Assembly (NCBI RefSeq): GCF_009914755.1 | Contig: NC_060925.1 | Length of the DNA: 64,000 nucleotides | Direction: 5' to 3' (one strand) | DNA from: the human T2T-CHM13v2.0 reference genome, Homo sapiens | Part shown: positions 37,273 through 52,845 of the stretch, piece by piece | How the letters are laid out: each line of letters starts with the position of its first letter | How positions within the stretch are numbered: the stretch's first letter is position 1 | The notes under the pieces: model-generated | The model's input: the letters and a program-made list of their open reading frames with translations, nothing else | Databases searched by the model: none | What the model was told of the DNA's origin: nothing | Translations under genes and position numbers: made by a program

Positions 37273-38929
37273 TATTGTTAAGTTCCACTGATAGAGAAGC
37301 AGAGGCTTGTATACAAACTTTCCAAATAAATATTTCTCATTCTAACAAGTGATTGGGTGTGCTTAATTAAATAAAGAATAAGAAAACAGAATAAATCGTG
37401 GCTGACATCTTTAAAGGTTGCATTCTGGCATTTGTTTTTTGATGGGGCCATTTATTTATCCCTTCTTGAGCTGTCTAGCTAGAGAACTCTGTATTTCAGC
37501 AGTGAGTGACAGTTCTCCCATCTGTGCTTCTTATTTGCCTTCTATTCAAATAAACAAAATGCATTGCAGATACTGGTATATATTTTGCTTTGGACAGGTT
37601 TCTACCCCTAACTTACAAGCAGACTTAGCATCTACCAGGGAAGAAGAAGGTTGTGGTGTTTGGAGTTGTGTGGTTGTAGAAAATTTTGTGAATGGAAGAG
37701 GCTCTTTTAAAAAGCTTGTTGTCTAGATAGCCTTGCTCTTTCAAGTATGGTCATGGAGATTGTGAATCATGTAGACAGAAGTCTCAGGTGGCGTCACAGA
37801 CCTATGGAATCAGAATCAGTGCTTTTTAAGGTGACCCCTGGATGATTCCCCTGTGTATTTAAGTTTGGTAAGCACTGCTCTGCAGAACTCAAGACAAAAA
37901 TATTTGCATTCTGGATAAACAAGAAAGCTTTACACAGAAGCTAGTCCTATCCACTGTTTTCCCCTCATCCGGTTACACTACAAATCTCACCCTAGACTCA
38001 GACTGCAGAAGAAAGTTGCTAGATGCCAAATGTTCACCTCCTTGTAGCTAATTTCCATGTGCACAGGAACTTGAGCTATCTCACCAGGCCATCAGAACCA
38101 GCAGGTCCAGTGTTCAGGTAAGGGTTCCTAGCAGAGGTTTGCAAATAAAATCATTCACACAGACTAATCCTGGTTGGAGGGAAATGCACAAAGTCTAAGG
38201 AAAATCAAGGTGTAGAAAGGGGGTGCCCAATTTACACATATTTAGCCCTGTTAGCTTTCCCGGGCTTACTCAGCTTTCTTTCTCTTCATTGAGTGTCATC
38301 TCTTCATGATCAGGATGACAACTTACAAATATATGCACGAAGAGCCAGTGCTTCAATACTGAACAGGAGAAAACGACAATACTGCTGTTCCAAAACCGAA
38401 ATACTCCATTTGGAACTGAATTGCTTTCAGAGTCATATGCTCACAACCAAAAAAGGAAACACTCTTAACACTCAAATATTTGAAAAAAAAAAAAACCACC
38501 ATAATTACTAGCTCATGAGAAAAAAATACAAATTTCATATAGTTCTCAGTAGACCTGGAGACTTCCTTTCTTATACAATGTTCCATGACTGCCACAAAGC
38601 CTGTGAGATACTTGGGGTATTATCACCCTCTCCATTTTACAGGTAAAGAGAAAGGCCCTGTGCTGCTCACCTTTGTGACAAGCCTTCCATTGTGACAGCT
38701 ATCAAGGGGCAGAACTATAACTACAGCCAGGCTCCATGATTCCAACACAACGTTGTTTTCTCCTCTACACATGGTTTGACTATAGGAAATTGTCACTTTG
38801 CACTTTGAAAGACTGCTGAAGGCTAATCATATGACACTATGCCATGTGATAAAATTGCATAGTGGTTTGGAAACTACAGTCAATATAGCCCCATCACTAT
38901 GTTACTGCCCAAAAGATGCGTCCATCCAT

Positions 38930-39810
38930 TTTCTTTTGTTTTATTTTTGTGATAAGAACACTTAAAATGAGATCTACCCTCTTAACAAATTGTATACAAT
39001 ATACTGTGATTAATCATTGGTACAATGTTATAAAGCAGATCTATAGAGCTTATTTATCTCGCTTGACTGAAACTTCATGCCTGTCAATTAGTAACTCCCA
39101 TTTTCCCTCCCCCCAGCCCCTGGCAACCACTATTTTACTTTTTGATTCTATGAATTTGACTATTTTAGACACCTCTTATAAGTGGAATCATGCACTATTC
39201 ATTTTTCTGTGACTGGCTTATTTCACTTAACATCATGTCCTCAAGGTTCATCTGTGTTGTGGCATATTACAGAGTTTCCTTCTTTTTTAAGGCTGAATAT
39301 ATATGCCATTTTATGTATGTACAACATTGTATTTATCCATTCACCTATCAACGGACATTTAGGTTGTTTCCACATCTTAGGTATTGTGACTAGACTGGTG
39401 TTGCAATGAACATGAGTGCTAATATCTTTCTAAGATCCTGACTTTAATTCCTTTGGGTAAATACCCAGAAATGGGATTGCTGGATCATAGATCCTATGGT
39501 AATTCTTTTTTTTTTTTTTAAACAGATAGAGTGTTTCTGTGTTGCTCACACTGGTCTTGACCTATTGGCCTCAAGCAATCCTCCCACTTCAGCCTCCCAA
39601 AGCGCTGAGATTACAGGTATGAGCCACCACGCTCGGCTGTATTTTTAGTTTTTAAGGGCACCTCCATGCCATCTTCCAAAGTGGCTGCACCTGCTGAGAC
39701 ACTATGACTCTCGCCAGTGAAAAAAACAACAAAAAATTCAGCAAAGTGGCTGTAACATTTTGCGTTTCCACCAACAGTATACAAGGTTCTAGTTTCTCCA
39801 CATCTTCTTG
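38930..39810 (-). mobile_element. L1MA/MB 3' end with an Alu monomer (~39505-39638) inside
   Basis: gataagaacacttaaaatgagatctaccctcttaacaaat...gaatttgactattttagacacctc...gggtaaatacccagaaatgggattgctggatcat. Confidence 0.88.
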
Positions 39811-41369
39811 CTTCCTGTTTAAGCTGGAACTTCCTCAGGTCTTCAGGGTTAGGTTTAACTATCCTGTTTTTATTTTTTATTCAGTTTTGGAACTGTGGCT
39901 CACGGTATTCTGTGTATCACATCAAACTCTATGGACTGAACCCCCTCTAATCCTATTTTACTTGTGATTCTTCCCAGAAGAACCTACTTTGTTGCAGAAA
40001 AAACTGAAGCTAATGTTCATGGCCTTGCCAGAGCTGTCTGCAAAATGCACCAGCCAAATGGAATTATGCAAAGTTTATGGAAGAGGCCCAATTAAATTCA
40101 AAAAGCTGGTATTGTGTTCTCAATTGTGCCAACATGGTGCTAGGCACTGGAGATACCAAACTAAGTAAGAATACAGCTTAAACAAATAATGACATAATGT
40201 AAGTAACGTGGTATAATAGACATGAAGTATATGGATATCGGGGGGAAAGGTATGAATGGTGATCCTGAAAAGTTAGATTGGAGGGTAGGCAAACAGTTGA
40301 GCTAAGCCTTGAAAAGTTAGTAGGCAAGTGTACCAGGCCAACACGAGGACGTATTCTATAATCTGTACCATGGCTGGTAAATATGGGTACACTTGGCACC
40401 ATTCCCATTACTGCACCCAGGGCAGACATTGCTAAATGAATGTAATGTTCAACCAATACATGGTCTCAGAATCTTTATTAATGGTGTTTCAAAGAGCACT
40501 ACTAGTGCATCCTAAATGGTGTGCAAGGTCTTTGCCATCTGCCCTTGATTTAGAGCACCTTCTTCAAGTTTCCTTGTTTTGAACAAGCTAATCATAGTGA
40601 CATGATTCAATAGTATTCCAAGACAGCTTCAGTGAGCCAAAGTTTGAAAGAATTTGTCTCCTTTTTTAATGTTTCCTTCCAGGTGGAGGGAATGCAACTC
40701 ATGTGAAACATCTGGTCCTCTCTGCCAGTGTTATTTATTCTTCTCTGGTAGAGTGAGACTAAACTATCTGATTGTTAAATTTGCAAAGAATAACTTGTAT
40801 GTACATAGCTCATCTCCCCATATTTTCCTTCTGGGAAGAGGAGGTCTCAGTATCTCCATTCTGTATGTCTTTTCTGAGTAAGTGTTTGTCTTGGTGCAGC
40901 CTGCCCCACCCAGCCTGAATGCCATTCAGTGGGGCTCTTTGGTTTTTACTCAAAAATATATCCTTGGGGAAAATGAGACAGACAAAGTTATATTTCAGAA
41001 GATTGTGTGTAATAAAGAAATAAAAGAAATGTCACTGGGGGAAGAAGAAGGCAAAGCTTCTTTCTGCATTTGTGTCATGTACTTTCAAGCCAAAAAGGGA
41101 TCATTAAGTTTGTTTACTCCAAAGAATCATGGGTAGTTCTAGAGGTAAGTCTGAAAGAACCAAGAATCTCAAGGAAGAGCTGATCAATCCAGAGCTTTGG
41201 GGTTTGGCAGAAGGAATGGGGTTACTACACTTCAAAAGGTCAGTTACTGCCAAGGCCAAGTATGTCCTTCTTGGCTAGGGTCATGTGGCTAACATTTTCC
41301 ACTGTGGTAATGCCACAATATGTACACAATTTCCCCTGGCTTTATACCCTGGAGTTGAGAGTGTGCAGA

Positions 41370-41896
41370 TTGCTTTCATAATGGCCCCCAATATATCATG
41401 TCCCGTTGTGTCCATACGTCTTTGCATTGTGATTTTTGTCACTCCTCCCATCAAGAGATGAAAATGATTTTCTGACCCTTTGAATGTGGGTTGACCCTAT
41501 GACTTGCTTTGACCAATAGAAAGTGGCAGATGTGATATTGTATGACATTTGAGGATAAGACATATGAGGCCTTGAAGCTTCCATTTTCTCCCTCTTGGAA
41601 TTCCCATCACTATGTAAGGAAGCCTGAGAGAGACTACCACATGATGAAAACCATGTAGAGAGAGTCAAGCTGCCAACCAGTACCTAAGCTCCAAACATTC
41701 GAATGAGGCCATCTTAACTTCTTCAGGCCCAATTAAACTGCCAGATGATTACAGTCACACAGACAACCTCAGACAACAGCAGAAGAACCACCCAGCTAAC
41801 CCCAGCAACTCAAAGAATCAGGAGAAATAATAAACCATTGTCTTAAGCCATTATATTTTGTGGAGTTTTGTTATAATGCAAAGGCTATTTGGTATA
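41370..41896 (+). mobile_element. MLT1 (F/G-like) MaLR LTR
   Basis: cactcctcccatcaagagatg...gacttgctttgaccaatagaaagtggcaga...gagaaataataaaccattgtcttaagcca. Confidence 0.82.
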
Positions 41897-41991
41897 AAGA
41901 GGGTATTTCTCTGCAGATATAAACTTTCCCCAGAACCTAACCCACATTGAACATGAAAGTCCTGTATCTTTAACTTCTTAAAAGTGCCAGT

Positions 41992-41997
<6 letters not shown>

Positions 41998-42039
<42 letters not shown>

Positions 42040-42070
42040 GTTGTTGTTGTTGTTGTTGCTGTTGTTGTTT
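41998..42070. repeat. Compound (GT)n-(GTT)n microsatellite
   Basis: Directly visible. Confidence 0.95.
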
Positions 42071-43854
42071 TTAAGGGCAATACCTTTTCCTTCCCTCACT
42101 GTCTTAGGCTCCTTTAGTGAGAATCTACCTAATTTTGCATCAATAATTTTTAGGAGAAGTTACAGTTGACTAAACTAATATCTCTTTTTTTTATTATCCT
42201 CTTAATGAAAGGCATGTCCCCTCTCTCAGATTCCTATTCCACCATTTAAAATATCTTCTCTTCCTCCCATATTCTCCAAAGTAACTGAACTGCAATGGGG
42301 GAAGACATACATTTCTTGCAAGAGAAAATTCATTTTTTTCCAGACAAATCGTTATCGTGCCAATGGCATGCTTCACTCTGGCTGTTTGTAGCTGGGCACA
42401 GGGACTAAATCTCTGCTAATTAGAGATATGCAAGCCTCAAAGGGATTTGACTCAGATTCCAATTTGCAAATAGGGTTTGTGTGTTTGGATTTGGATTTAG
42501 ATTGGACTAAAACTTCCCTTTGCGAATTAACTTAAAGCTCTTGTTCTTAAACCCAGCCAAAACATTGCACTCCCATTTATGCATGGGAACACACACTAAG
42601 CAGAAATGGCAAACTCTTTTCAAGTCAAGGTAAGGGTTTGCGTTGATATATCCCAGTTGTGGAAAATCAGAGATTCTTATTTGGAATTGTTCTGCTTTCC
42701 TGGACACTTATTAGCCCCAAACCTTCATGGTTGTTTTGCCTTTTGTCTTTCAGATTTGCTGTTGTTGTCATTGTTGTGGCGGGGGGGTAGTTTTTGTTTT
42801 CTGGACTTTTTTTTGGTTAGCCACACTGAATGGAAATTCGAAAAGGTATTCACAGAATTCTTTTTTGATCTACATGATGGCTAACAGCCCAACTATATTT
42901 TCACAGATTCACTGGATAACTTTGGAAGTCTTATACACTAACATCAGTTGACCACTTACTGTGCGTTTGTGTTCATTCAATCCTTAAGAGAATCATAAGA
43001 AGTGGGGCTGCTATTTATTACTCCTATTTTTCAGATAAGTTATATAAGGAGCTAGAGGTTACAAAATTAAACATGCCATGTTGCCACCCTATTCTTGGTC
43101 GCAGTCCATTAAAAAGCAAACCGTGATAAGGCAAGAGTAATCTATAGGAAGTTCTTCTATCATAAATACTTAGATATTAATTGTGTTATTCTGGAATAAA
43201 CTGTAAATAACTAGCACCTGCATTAAATAAATCACAACTTAGATCTGGAATTCAGAATATTAGAGTTCAGATATTATCTAGTCCCCAGTTCCTTTATTTT
43301 GCATGTAACAAGATTTTAAAAACTCAAAAAACATGTTACTTGTTGAAAGTCAAAGGAAGGGCTGTTGGTAAACATGGTTTAGAACCAGCTGCGGTTTTTC
43401 ACATTAAGGCACATGGTGCTCAGCAGTGAGTTGAAAGTAGGTCGTCCCTTGAAAAAAGTTGGCTTGATTCTCCAGGAGGTTAACTCTTGAATGGAATTGA
43501 TCTTGCTGAATTCACAATTATCCAGGGCATGGCCTTCAACATTACAGACTCAGGAACTCCTATTTATTGTTCAGCTTGAGAAAGGGGATCCATCTCTAAA
43601 GGGTAGGACCACGCTAACCAAATTCACAGGTTGAAAAAATATAAACCAGAGTGTAAATTTATTCACATCAAGTAATACCATTATTACTGCCTAACACACA
43701 GTATGACAGTTTAGATCTAAATCTGAAAGACATAGCATGCTCAATGGCAAGATAAGCATATCAACAGACCCAAAGCAGAAGGAAAAAGCCCAGAGATAAA
43801 TGGACATAGAAGCCACCTACAGATCTCCAGGACCAGAAACAGGAAAAGGCAGGT

Positions 43855-44060
43855 GAGACTTTCTCAACTTCACACCATTGATATCTGAGGACAGATAATT
43901 ATTTATTATAAGAGGTTGCTCTGTGCACTGTAGCATGTTTAGCAGCATCCCTGGTGTCTACCTTCTATATGCCAGTGGCACCCTCTCTACCTTCTACCAC
44001 TCACGATAATCAAAGACATCCTCAGCCATTGCCAAAATACCTTCTAGTTGAGAACTACCA
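43855..44060 (+). mobile_element. MER20 hAT MITE
   Basis: ctgtgcactgtagcatgtttagcagcatccctggtgtctacc...tagttgagaactac. Confidence 0.8.
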
Positions 44061-44639
44061 AGGAAATCTAAATGCATATTACAAATGGTGGGACTCCAGA
44101 GACAGACTTACTTTGTAAAACTGAAGGCTGGGGTAGGGTATTGATTTATGAACAGATGCAGACAAACTGCCATCGCTATCCAGGTTTGGCCAGCTGTTGT
44201 CACACCAGGACTAAGGAACAAGAGGGACAGAAGCAACCACCCTTCAAGAGTCCTGGCCAAGTCTTCCACCGGCACAAATGACTAGATCAGTGATTCCCTG
44301 CTATCCCAGTGAGTTATCTCTATCTCCAAGTTTTGCAAGGTCACCTTTGTGCCACTTCCATATCCTAGGGACTAATGTCCGTAACCTTGATTCCTGACCC
44401 CCAACACAGTGTTCTCTGCACTAGAACACACAGCCTGAAGCCCACTCAGACTATGATTTTAAGGCACAAACTATACATTATTCATTATTGCACTGTCAGT
44501 TCATATGAGAATCTGGCACAAAATAGGTGTCGAACAAAATTGAATGAGCAAATGGACAAAAAGATGAATGGACTAGTCTGGAGTGAGCACCTATTTTGTA
44601 CTGGGTTCTGTGCAAGGTTTGTTAAAGCTAGAGCTTTTC

Positions 44640-45000
44640 ATCCTACAGAGCTGAGTTTGAATCCCAGCGAAGCCTCTTGTTAGCTGTGGGACTTTGGAAA
44701 TGTCACTTAACTTCTCTGATCTTTCATTCCTTTAGTAGTAAATAGGAAAAACAATGGAGCTTTTAGCACATTGCCTTACAAACAGTATGGTTTTGACTTT
44801 ATTTTTCTTATCCAATAGTATAATGGTCATTAAATTCTGACAACCTGTAAAGTAAATCCTTTCAGTAGTCTCCTCATTTTACAGATGACAGAAAGAGGGT
44901 CAAAGGGGTTAAGTGATTTGCTCAGGGGCAAAGTCCTGTTAGTGGAAGAGGCAGGATTCATACCTATTCTGACCAGCTGAGTTCTGGGGCTTTTCATGAC
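44640..45000. mobile_element. Two MIR fragments in opposite orientation
   Basis: gagtttgaatcccagc...cacttaacttctctga (+); ctcattttacagatgacagaa...ggttaagtgatttgctcagg (-). Confidence 0.7.
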
Positions 45001-45928
45001 ACCATCCTCCCTCAGTTCAACTCCTGGAGGCCTTGCCAAGGAGACTAGAGATTATTCTTGATTAGTAGAGGGGGTATATTACAGTTTGAGTCAGGGCATT
45101 TTTTTGTTTGTTGTCTAACAGACTTCACTTTCCTTATTCCATGTCTGGGAGGATGCAGGAGACATAATAATCTCCTTGAGCAGAGATGATGTCTCTAAGC
45201 TCTACTGCCCAACTCACACAATCAGTTCAGGCCTCCTTTAACCTCCTATAGCCAGGATTAGGAATTTTGGTTTTATTAATTAAGATCATTGAAGTTATAT
45301 TTTTTGTTTGTACTTCAAAACAATGCAAATAAATTTCTTAGTTTGGTTTCTTTTTCAGAGTCTCTCTATTTTTTTAGATAAAATTTTTGGATTAGTTTGT
45401 ACTTTGGGTTCACAGCATTCGGTCATTAAAGGGTTGACTGGACATGACCAGAGTTGGCTCCATCCGTCTCCTAAACTCATGACATCAGCTCCATCAGGAT
45501 GTCAGGAAGCTGGGTGGTTTTCACCGTAGTGGTAGATTCCAGGACCACCAAAATGAATTTGAATGACTGGGAAGAGACGGGATTGAGTAATTGTGGGATC
45601 TTGACTCAGTACTCAAACTTCCAACACTCTAAATGGGAAAATGTCACTTTACCAAATTAAAAAAAGTAGCCTAATAATGTTTAAATCAAATACAACTCGC
45701 CTATGATACTGGCAAGCTTTTGCATCAGTAGGAGACAGACTAATGACATAGAACCACTTTGAGGGGAAAGGGCAGGAGTTTCCAGCTCAAAATCCACAGC
45801 AATAACAAACACTTATGGAGAAAGTCACACCCACAAAGAGGCCCATGATGCTGTCACAGGTTCCCGTGTGAGGGACAATGATTGAATGGAGGCCTCAGCT
45901 CTCCTCTGCTTTCTGGTAGTTTACTTAG

Positions 45929-46379
<451 letters not shown>

Positions 46380-46529
46380 TGAACTTCTCTAAGTGTGAAT
46401 GTCTGTTGTGTTTTTTCTAAGAGTTGCTGTCCTTCTCCTCGCCTGTCCTGGAAGATCAGCAGTGAGGCTGCCCACTGTTCACAGTGGCAAACATATGGAA
46501 TCAACTTAAGAGTCCATCAATGGATGAAA

Positions 46530-47278
<749 letters not shown>

Positions 47279-47788
47279 CTACAGCTGCTATTGTAAAATA
47301 GCAACCTTGGCATAACGACCTGGAAGTGGTTTCCACGATTTGATTATTTTCATAAATGAAGCAAACCCAAAGTTTTTCCTGATTTGAGTTTTCATGAGTT
47401 ACTTTGCATGCTTCATGCATTCAAGAGGTTATTCTTCACACGCTAAGCAACTGCAGGATATGTTTAGAAGCCAGTATACTACAACAGTGTCTGTCCTTGA
47501 CTTCCCTGGGTGTGTGTTTATATCTTCCAAGCAGAAGGGCGATGGACTTTTTCCTTTATCAAAACCTCTTGATCTTTTTTCACCACTGCTGCCTGGGTTG
47601 GAATGGCCAAGTTCTTGGAGGGAGGTGGGAGATGAAAGAGATGAAAGAAGCCCCTTAGATAGCTTTAGACCCAAAACAGGAAAGTTCAACATCCTTCCTC
47701 ATAGTCGTGTCTCTAACAAAATAAAATTTAAGAGCTTAAAATGTTGCTGATGAAAGCACAAAGAAAACATCACTGCATCCTAATGTAG

Positions 47789-48170
<382 letters not shown>

Positions 48171-49208
48171 CGAGCACACTGAATTCTTTTGGGCCAACTG
48201 TTGGACTCCAGCATGCCCTGGGCCCAGTCTCACATCCAGTAAACATTGCCAATCTGAAGACCCACACTGGGGGTGGATTCAATGAATCTGATTAAGAAGA
48301 TAGCACTTCAATTTCTTGCCTCATCTCTGGAGAAGGTTGGCCTTACAAATATTTTTTTAAACATCAAACAAATCATAAAATCTAGCATATCGAAGTCCTT
48401 GCTATCTCACACTCTTCAGGAAGGACTTGTATTTGTCCCTGGGAAATTGTTTTCCAACTGTGGAGGGTTTTCTCCCTCCAGAACTAAAACTGGTTTTGTT
48501 TTATCCTTAGGCATCCATGAGTCTCTTTTGTTGTAAGAAATAGACAGTAACCCACCCACCTCAAGCAAAGGGTTTACATTAAGGCATAGAGATATTAAGG
48601 CAGGCAAGAAACTTAGTGATTACAGAGAACAGAACCCGTTCCCTCACTCCCTTGACAGGAGTTCCTTCATAATCTCCTTTCACTGAGAGTAGTCAGCCTT
48701 TTGAGGCTGTTTCTTCTGTCCCTGCCTCTATTCATCATCTATTTTATGCTTTTCCCTGGTACTCAGCATTCTTTCTCTACCTCAATAAATTTTTGAGTGA
48801 ATGGATAAGGAAATGAATAAATGCTCATAGTTTCTAGTCCATCATCACGTTGCCTTGTTCATAGTTTTGACTTACTCAGAGCCCATTGTGACTGTTGCTG
48901 CTTTGTGACCTGTGTGTGTGTGCGTGTGTGTGTGTGTGTACATGTGTGTGTGTGTTTGCTGCTTCTTACCTCCTTCTGATTTCTGATTCCCAAGTCAAAT
49001 TTCAGGGACCTAACAAATCACTATTGTCACTGCTTAAGTGTTTTTCATACCAGGTCACTTTTTATATCAAGTCACTGTAGTCCAGTCAGCTTTTTCATTG
49101 TTCTGTTTTGTTTTGTTTTGCTTTGTTTCCTGGTGGTGTTTTGCCTCCTGATGGAAAGGGGCAAGATCCTGTGGTTCAGAAAATACTTACGTTAGGCTGC
49201 TGTCCCTC

Positions 49209-49333
49209 AGGATTGCCAGATTCAACAAATAAAAATGCAGGATGCAATATTTGGGACATCTTTTTATTTAAAAATTACTTGTTTATCTGAAATTCAAATG
49301 AACTGGCTGTCCTATATTTTATCTGGCAACCCT
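49209..49333. mobile_element. MER53 hAT MITE (internally deleted)
   Basis: aggattgccagat...atctggcaaccct TIRs; ttgtttatctgaaattcaaat. Confidence 0.8.
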
Positions 49334-50199
49334 ACTTTCCACCCAAGCAGTTGAATGAAGCAGCTTCACACAGATGGGATTATTGGGTGCCATGATAGAT
49401 AGGTGTGTCCAGCCCCCAGTTTTTAATGAAAATCTGTCTTAAGTAAAGATGGAATCACCATCTTAACAGAAGAAGGATGTGAAACACAATTTGCCATGTC
49501 TTCATAATACAGGGTCCTCACTATGTCCATTTTGGTTCTGTGTTCAAGGCTTACTGTGGCCTCCAGCTGTTAGCCCCTGCCCTGGAATTCCCATTTCTGG
49601 GTTGCTTTTTCTAGATTTAAACTGTTCCCTTTATTTTAGTTGTCATTTCTCACTGCTGGGCATGTGCTTGCCTCTTTTTCTTTCAAATTTATACTTTTTT
49701 GTGGTTTTGTTTCTATGTTTTCTTTTTTCCTATTAGGCTAAAGTAAAGGTGAATAGAGACACTGAGTGAGGAAATTTTATGAGCACTTCATAATTTCCAA
49801 ACCTATGAGCTCTAATACTTGGATTTTATGGCGTTACTGTTCAGAAGTATTTTGTTATGCCCAGGCTAGAGAAAAAATGCATTTATTGTCACTGAGTAGT
49901 GTTCCAGGTCCTCTGCTAAGTTATGAAAACACATAACTTAGTGTGTTTCAGGTACGTGGCATTGGGACGTATGGCTAAGTTCCTAAAAGAGAGATCTATT
50001 ACTCCTTTAAAATATATTATAACATTGTGTAATCCTTGCTTTAGCAGGCCTTTCCTGAATGAGCAAAAATGAATGAGGTTAAAAATAACATTTAAAATGG
50101 TATCTTTTTAAAAAATTTCTGAGCTTCCACCAGTGTAATTGCTGACACAAAACTACACTTTGCCAAGCTTCTCCAGGACTGCTCCTCCTCCTCTATCTC

Positions 50200-51000
50200 C
50201 AAGCTCAAAGAATGGCACCACAATCCACACAGTTGCCCAGTTCAGAAACCCAAGAGTCTCACCGGACTTCCCCCTTTCCTATAAATTGAATCCATTATGA
50301 GTCTGGCCAGCTTGACCTTCTGATTCTATTTTTAATCTGTTTCTTCTTTCTACCCATACTAACTTGTCCCTGTTTGGGTCTTTTTAAATCTTGCTGGGAC
50401 AGAAAAATAGCTTCCTTATTTGTCTCTCTCTTTTAGTTTTGCCTAGTCTGCACCCACAAATCAATGCACGTTACCATCAGAATGTTTTCTCTAAAATACA
50501 AATCCATCCATGTTACTGATCTACCTGCAATGAACTCCCTACTGGTCCTGGGAGCCAAATGCTCCCAGAATCACCGTCTCCTCTCCCACTGTGCTTCTTC
50601 CACTCACCTTGAACTTTACACTCTGAAAACAGTTTGTATTCCATCTCCCATGCGGCACTATTTCACACCTCAGTAGCTTTGCTAATACTGTGTTCTCTGC
50701 CAGAAACACTCTTAGCGACTCTATTGCTTAGCCAGCTCCTACTAATGTCTTTCGAAATTCAGTCCGATCATTCTCTCTTCCATCCTCTCCTGACCTAAAC
50801 CCCAAGCTGGGTTACGTGTCTCTCCTTTGTGTCCCTGTAGCTTCCAGAATATTTCTTTCTCACAATATTTACTGTGCAACATCAAAATAACACACGTGAC
50901 CTTTCCTTAAATGAAACTATCAGCCTCTTGAGGGTAACGGTATTGCTCATTTATGCTATATCTCAGGTACTGAGGACAGCGGCTTTCACATAGGAGATGA
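50200..51000 (+). mobile_element. L2 fragments
   Basis: aatggcaccacaatccacacagttgcccag...agaaacccaagagtc; ttttctctaaaatacaaatc. Confidence 0.6.
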
Positions 51001-52339
51001 TGCAGGTCTGTGAAAGCGGTCTTGGAAATCAGAGCATCTAACTTGTTCTTGGAAGGCTTTGAGTTCCCCTCTCCACCAACAGCACAGTCTCTGCTCACCT
51101 CCAGGCAGCCCTCTTCTGCAGCTGCTGCTGTCCCTGCTGATGTAGATAACATGGCAGTAGATCCTGGCAGGTGACTGACTGAGTGTTGCTTTTGCTTTTT
51201 AAAGTATTCTTTCCACTGCTGCTACATCTGTCCCAAGGCTCCCTACCAGAGGGACTTTGCATTTCTCTTCCTTATAGTCCTAATTATAGTTTTAAAGTAT
51301 CTTGCTACACTCATAATCTCAGCTCTCTACAGTCCAGACTTGGGAAGAGTTCCCTGAAAATTGATGTGAAAGACAGTGTAAATGGCATCCTCCAGTGCCT
51401 ATAGAAAACCCTTCTTACCACTGATCAACCCTTGTCCCTCAGTGAGTCCAGGAGTTGGCTACTTCATTTTCTAGGTGAGTGCCCATCCTGGCCATCTGGA
51501 ACAGTACTGAGATGATAGAGCTGGATTTTATCATTGTAGTTTATGCCAATGCTTAAACACCATGTAAAAAGTCTTAACCTCATTCTTCCGGGCCTCTTAA
51601 TACTGGTACCTTAAAATGCCAACCATTGTTTTTCTCAGAGCTCCATTGATTTTTACACAAACAAGATTCCTCCAGACCTCTATCTTGGGCATCCTATTCT
51701 TCTTTCTGGGGGATTTCTCCATTTTCTAACCTCTCACATTCTTTTTCTAGAAATGGCCTCTTCTATTTGAATAAAGCATCTGACCCTTTCCAGGGGGACC
51801 AGAGTCTATCCTGAACTGTGATGCCCCTAAAGCATTATTCCCAGCTCTGCCGCCAGTGTACATCCATATTCTTGATGGATGACAGTCAGATTATATAGTG
51901 ACTTTAGACCTATTGCACAAAATCTGGATTTTCCTCACTCACAGACCATGCATGTGTCTGAAGACCTTATAGTCCACAGCCAAGTGTTTTCATTCAGACA
52001 AGCTCCCTGGTTATTCTAGAGAGGATAAATTTTAAAAAGTAATTAAATAACCTCATAGTTTCTTAAATATGTTCTTCATGGTCAAATTATTAACACAGCA
52101 ATCCTATATAAGGTTTGGGCTTTGGTTTCTCAATTCAGCCTCAAACATTGTACCCTTTGGTGACAGTTTTTTTCTTCCACATTTATCCAGATCACTTTTT
52201 CCTGCAGATAATGCATATGGAATTTATAAGACATCTTCTGTTTCCTTCTTCAAAGCAAACCATAATGAAGTTCATCAGCTGATAGTGATTCATAGTTAGA
52301 TAAATTAGAAGGTAAATGAAGAAGTTTAGAGTATTTAGT

Positions 52340-52845
52340 TATCTATGAATGCATAACAAACCCCTCAACACTCATTTAATACAACAAATGGTTTATTATA
52401 CCTCACAATTGTGTGAGTCAGGAATTCACACAGAGCTCAGCTGGGCAATTCTTTTGTTCTTCAAGGCATGAAGTGCATATGGCAGTCCTCAGCTGGCAGA
52501 TGGGCTGTTCTGGATAGTCGAAGGCAGCATCATTCATATGTCTGGCACCTTGGCAGGGGTGGCCGGGAGGCTGAGCTAAGCTGAGATTACCAGTTAGAGC
52601 ACCTGCACCTGGTCTTTCCAGGAAGGCATTGTCAGGGAAGTTGGACTTTTCACGGAACTAGTTCCCCTCACAACAAGTATTCTAAAAGACAGGAAGTGGA
52701 AGCTTCCATTCTCTTTAGGCAGCACAGTGTCACTTCCGCCGCAGTCAATTGGTCAAGCAGTCAGAGCTTACCTAGTACAAGGGAGAGGACATAGGCCCTG
52801 TCTCTCTACGGAAAGAACAAAAAAGAATTTGCAGCCATTTTTTAA
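52340..52845 (-). mobile_element. MLT1 MaLR LTR
   Basis: gcataacaaacccctcaacactc...ctcacaattgtgtgagtcaggaattc...agctcagctgggcaattctt. Confidence 0.75.
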
